Shown here in pieces: positions 61,197 through 64,000 of a stretch of 64,000 nucleotides of DNA. The notes under the pieces were generated by a model. That model was given only the letters and a program-made list of their open reading frames with translations. It made no database searches and had not been told where the DNA came from. Position 1 is the stretch's first letter. Each line of letters begins with the position of its first letter. Origin of the DNA: Desmonostoc vinosum HA7617-LM4 (GTDB lineage Bacteria; Cyanobacteriota; Cyanobacteriia; Cyanobacteriales; Nostocaceae). Made by a program: the position numbers and the translations under genes. The stretch covers positions 151,136-215,135 of the forward strand of contig JAHHHC010000004.1 in NCBI GenBank assembly GCA_019359515.1. Reading direction: 5' to 3'.

Positions 61197-61916
61197 TCAC
61201 GATTTGACGATATAACAAATATTTTCTTTCTGAAAAATTCTGTCGCTCAGGCTATGAGTTGATAAATAATCATGAACTGCTTTAGAACAACCATCCCAAG
61301 CATAATAATCATCTATAATAATTAACCCACCTTGTTTAACTTGAGGATATAAAAACCTTAAACAATCCATTGTGGAGTCATACCAATCTCCATCCAATCT
61401 CAATATGGCTATGTCTGTTAGTTTGGGAGAATATTCTGGCAATGTTTCTGAAAACCATCCAGGAATCATTTGATGTTTATTGCTGCCAGACAGTTGCATT
61501 GCTTTCTCGGCAAAAGCAATTTCTGCTTTGCAATTATCGTGATAGTTAGAACCTTTGGTGTTTTGTTGCCACTCTTGTGCAGCTTTGCCGTCGATTTCTT
61601 TCGCTTCTGGAAGTCCCTCAAAACTATCAAAAAGGTAGTAGCTTCTATGACTGCCGAGTAACTCTGCGATCGCCGCAATCATTCCACCACGCCACACACC
61701 ACATTCTACTACGTTGCCTGGGATATGATTAAAGCTTTGAGATAACTCCAAATTGTTAATAAAAGTACTCTTGGAGATCATTGTGTAATAACTGTATTTA
61801 TCATAGAGCTGAGCAAGCTTTTCTTCATCACTAATCTTTTTGATCTCGTATCCTAAAAGCTCTACCATTTTTTGTAATGATCTTTTAAGGCTGGGCATTG
61901 GTTTAGCGATCGTCAT
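61197..61916 (-). CDS. TylF/MycF-family (macrocin-type) sugar O-methyltransferase
   Basis: GNVVECGVWRGG..LFDSFEGLPE..LRLDGDWYDST blocks. Confidence 0.75.
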   Translation of the reverse strand: MTIAKPMPSLKRSLQKMVELLGYEIKKISDEEKLAQLYDKYSYYTMISKSTFINNLELSQSFNHIPGNVVECGVWRGGMIAAIAELLGSHRSYYLFDSFEGLPEAKEIDGKAAQEWQQNTKGSNYHDNCKAEIAFAEKAMQLSGSNKHQMIPGWFSETLPEYSPKLTDIAILRLDGDWYDSTMDCLRFLYPQVKQGGLIIIDDYYAWDGCSKAVHDYLSTHSLSDRIFQKENICYIVKS

Positions 61917-61940
61917 TATTACCTCTTAGTTAATCAAAAT

Positions 61941-63194
61941 TTAATATGTACTGTATGAGACAGTTGATGTGGGTACAATGTACCCATGGCTGATATGATG
62001 AGGAAAGGTTCTATTGGGTGTTGGAGAATCACAAACTTCAAAAAATATTGCTTCTTTGACCTCATCAAGAGTTTCTGTATTATGACTACCCAACCATAAA
62101 CTAGCTAAATATTGCCCAGGAATCAGTGGTGGTAATTGAATAGATACATGAACTAAATGTTTGGATAAAGTACATTCTATAAATCCTTCAGTTTGTGGTA
62201 GCGCTTGCATAATAGCTGTACCAGCAGCATCTAAGATATCCACGGCTAAAAATGCGGGTTTATGCTTAGTTCTAGATTCCAAAATGATGTCTAATTCGAG
62301 AACCAAATTAGGTTGCTGACCTTGCAATTGTGAATTTATTTGAGTTATAACTAACCCTTCTTTATTCGCGTTTGCCACACTTGTCCATGCTGCCCCTATA
62401 CTTTGGAGATTCTGTTCTTCATAAGTGTTGATGCATTGGTCTGTGGAACCTTGAGTTAGGATTTCACCCTTGTTCAACAAAATTGCCGTTGAGCATAATG
62501 AGCGAATTGCTGCCATATTGTGGCTAACAAACAGCACAGTTCTGCCAGCACCACTGACTTCTTTCATTTTCGTGAGACATTTTTTTTGAAATCCCGCATC
62601 TCCTACAGCTAGCACTTCATCTACTACTAAAATCTCTGGTTCCAAATGGGCTGCAACTGCAAATGCTAGCCTGACATACATCCCTGATGAATAACGTTTC
62701 ACAGGTGTATCTAGAAATCTTTCTACTTCCGCGAACTCAACAATTTCATCAAATTTGCGTTTAATCTCCTCTTTACTCATCCCTAAAATGGCACCGTTGA
62801 GATAAATGTTTTCTCTACCGGTGAGTTCTGGGTGAAAGCCTGTACCTACTTCTAATAAACTAGCTACTCGTCCTTGAATTGATATTCTCCCTTTTGTGGG
62901 TTCTGTAATTCGACTCAAAATTTTTAATAAAGTCGATTTTCCAGCACCATTACGGCCAATAATCCCAACCCTGTCACCCTGTTTAATTTCAAATGAGACA
63001 TCTTTCAATGCCCAAAATTCTTCACGGGTGGCATCGTTTTTTTGTTTGCTATAAGGTTTGAGAATTTTTTTGCTGAGTGACTTGGCATTATATACAATCA
63101 CATCTCGCAAAGCTTTATATTTAAAACCTTGTTCTTGGTGATTCAAGACGTATTTTTTGCTGAGGTTTTCAACTCGAATCACTGTTTCAGCCAC
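61941..63194 (-). CDS. wzt: Polysaccharide/O-antigen ABC transporter ATP-binding protein (Wzt/KpsT type) with about 160 aa C-terminal extension
   Basis: Walker A GRNGAGKST, signature YSSGMYVRLAFA, Walker B ILVVDE. The extra C-terminal domain is typical of glycan-cap-binding Wzt. Confidence 0.85.
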   Translation of the reverse strand: MAETVIRVENLSKKYVLNHQEQGFKYKALRDVIVYNAKSLSKKILKPYSKQKNDATREEFWALKDVSFEIKQGDRVGIIGRNGAGKSTLLKILSRITEPTKGRISIQGRVASLLEVGTGFHPELTGRENIYLNGAILGMSKEEIKRKFDEIVEFAEVERFLDTPVKRYSSGMYVRLAFAVAAHLEPEILVVDEVLAVGDAGFQKKCLTKMKEVSGAGRTVLFVSHNMAAIRSLCSTAILLNKGEILTQGSTDQCINTYEEQNLQSIGAAWTSVANANKEGLVITQINSQLQGQQPNLVLELDIILESRTKHKPAFLAVDILDAAGTAIMQALPQTEGFIECTLSKHLVHVSIQLPPLIPGQYLASLWLGSHNTETLDEVKEAIFFEVCDSPTPNRTFPHHISHGYIVPTSTVSYSTY

Positions 63195-63311
63195 GCAGTA
63201 AGTCCCCTTTAAATTCGATAGATTAAAAGTACTAAATTAAACTATGGTTTGCAAAAGTAGAGTTTTACACTTATTTGTATTCTCTCATATCAAAACCTGC
63301 AATGCAGTATT

Positions 63312-64000
63312 TCAGTTGCGACCATATAATGTGTAAGGGCCATAAGGCTGAGACTTGATTGTATTCGGCGTCTGACCTGTATATCTATTATTTGTGGGGC
63401 CAAGAGTAAAACTTTTTTGCTGTCGCAAACCAGCCCCTTCTATTCGCTCAATCATTTCAGGCTTAATTTTGGCTGGAGTAATAATAGCAAAGTCAACGTG
63501 AGTAAAAAAACGTTTTAGAGCTTGATGATCTTGTTGATTTTGCAAATCTAAAGTGTTGATATCGAAAGGAAAAAACATTTTCCAACCTAATGACCTACCT
63601 GCATAATACAACTCCAAAGGATTTATATACACCTTCTGAGAACCTGCACCAATTAATGAAGTTCCCGATTGGTATAATATGTTGGGGTTTCTGAGGTCTT
63701 TTTGAATCAAAGCCGTAGCAGGACGAACAATTAATGATAAAACAAAACACCAAGTTAGTAGTAGGATTAAAAGCCCAGAAAAGACCCGGTTAAAATTTGT
63801 TTTAGCTGTCTCCTTAAAAGACTGATAAGTGCTACTGGCTAAGCATAAGACATACGGTAAGAAATAAATAGCACGAAATGCATAAACTTTTGTAGACAAA
63901 AGAAATATAGCTACTAATAGTGTAGCAAAAACTAGCTTTTTATCACGAGCATGAATAATACCAACTACAGCAGTTATGGGTATTAATGGGCTGATATTAT
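63312..64000 (-). CDS. Membrane protein, 5' end beyond the window (frame open to nt 64000 upstream of the TTG start called in the ORF track)
   Basis: Reading upstream of 63899 in frame gives ..NISPLIPITAVVGIIHARDKKLVFATLLVAIFLL.. without a stop. The function is unknown; a Wzm permease is expected here but the sequence does not clearly resemble one. Confidence 0.35.
   Translation of the reverse strand, partial: NISPLIPITAVVGIIHARDKKLVFATLLVAIFLLSTKVYAFRAIYFLPYVLCLASSTYQSFKETAKTNFNRVFSGLLILLLTWCFVLSLIVRPATALIQKDLRNPNILYQSGTSLIGAGSQKVYINPLELYYAGRSLGWKMFFPFDINTLDLQNQQDHQALKRFFTHVDFAIITPAKIKPEMIERIEGAGLRQQKSFTLGPTNNRYTGQTPNTIKSQPYGPYTLYGRN

Overview
This 64 kb window is a chromosomal segment from a filamentous cyanobacterium, probably Nostocales. 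The evidence is very frequent HIP1 octamers (GCGATCGC), several heptanucleotide tandem arrays (GGGGACG, GGGGACT, AATTACG, CCCCACT), psbI and cyanobacterial-type housekeeping genes. The gene content, in order, is as follows. An EF-G-like 3' fragment, a UbiA-family prenyltransferase, Ppx/GppA, a HigB/short-HigA toxin-antitoxin pair beside an orphan SUKH (SMI1/KNR4) immunity-type protein, SelO, an LptD/OstA-like outer-membrane protein and an unannotated 38-codon psbI. A roughly 2 kb AT-rich gap with no convincing gene precedes the alpha-glucan phosphorylase gene. A complete PaoABC-type periplasmic molybdenum aldehyde oxidoreductase operon (Tat-signal 2Fe-2S subunit, FAD subunit, Mo subunit, XdhC-like chaperone, MocA-like cytidylyltransferase) follows. 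Then panD, ppa, a tandem array of two to three atypical tRNA-like elements, YdeI, an SPFH protein, a Uma2 endonuclease, an orphan double-glycine leader peptide, a PEP-CTERM protein, MurT, a pentapeptide-repeat protein, TldD/PmbA and a ParA-like ATPase + HEPN-nuclease two-gene module that looks like a conflict/defence system. The last roughly 18 kb is an AT-rich minus-strand glycan (O-antigen/EPS) locus that continues beyond the window: Wzt ABC ATPase with extended C-terminal domain, two methyltransferases, about 10 glycosyltransferases, a Wzy/WaaL-like membrane protein and an acetyltransferase; a YdcF gene and an Fe/2OG-oxygenase-like gene lie between the locus and the acetyltransferase. Intergenic regions are densely populated by at least four families of MITE-like short dispersed repeats, some nested in one another; one of them supplies the last codons of mocA. 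No CRISPR array, rRNA, transposase or integrase gene was seen. All protein calls are from motif-level reading of the supplied translations; no database search was possible.
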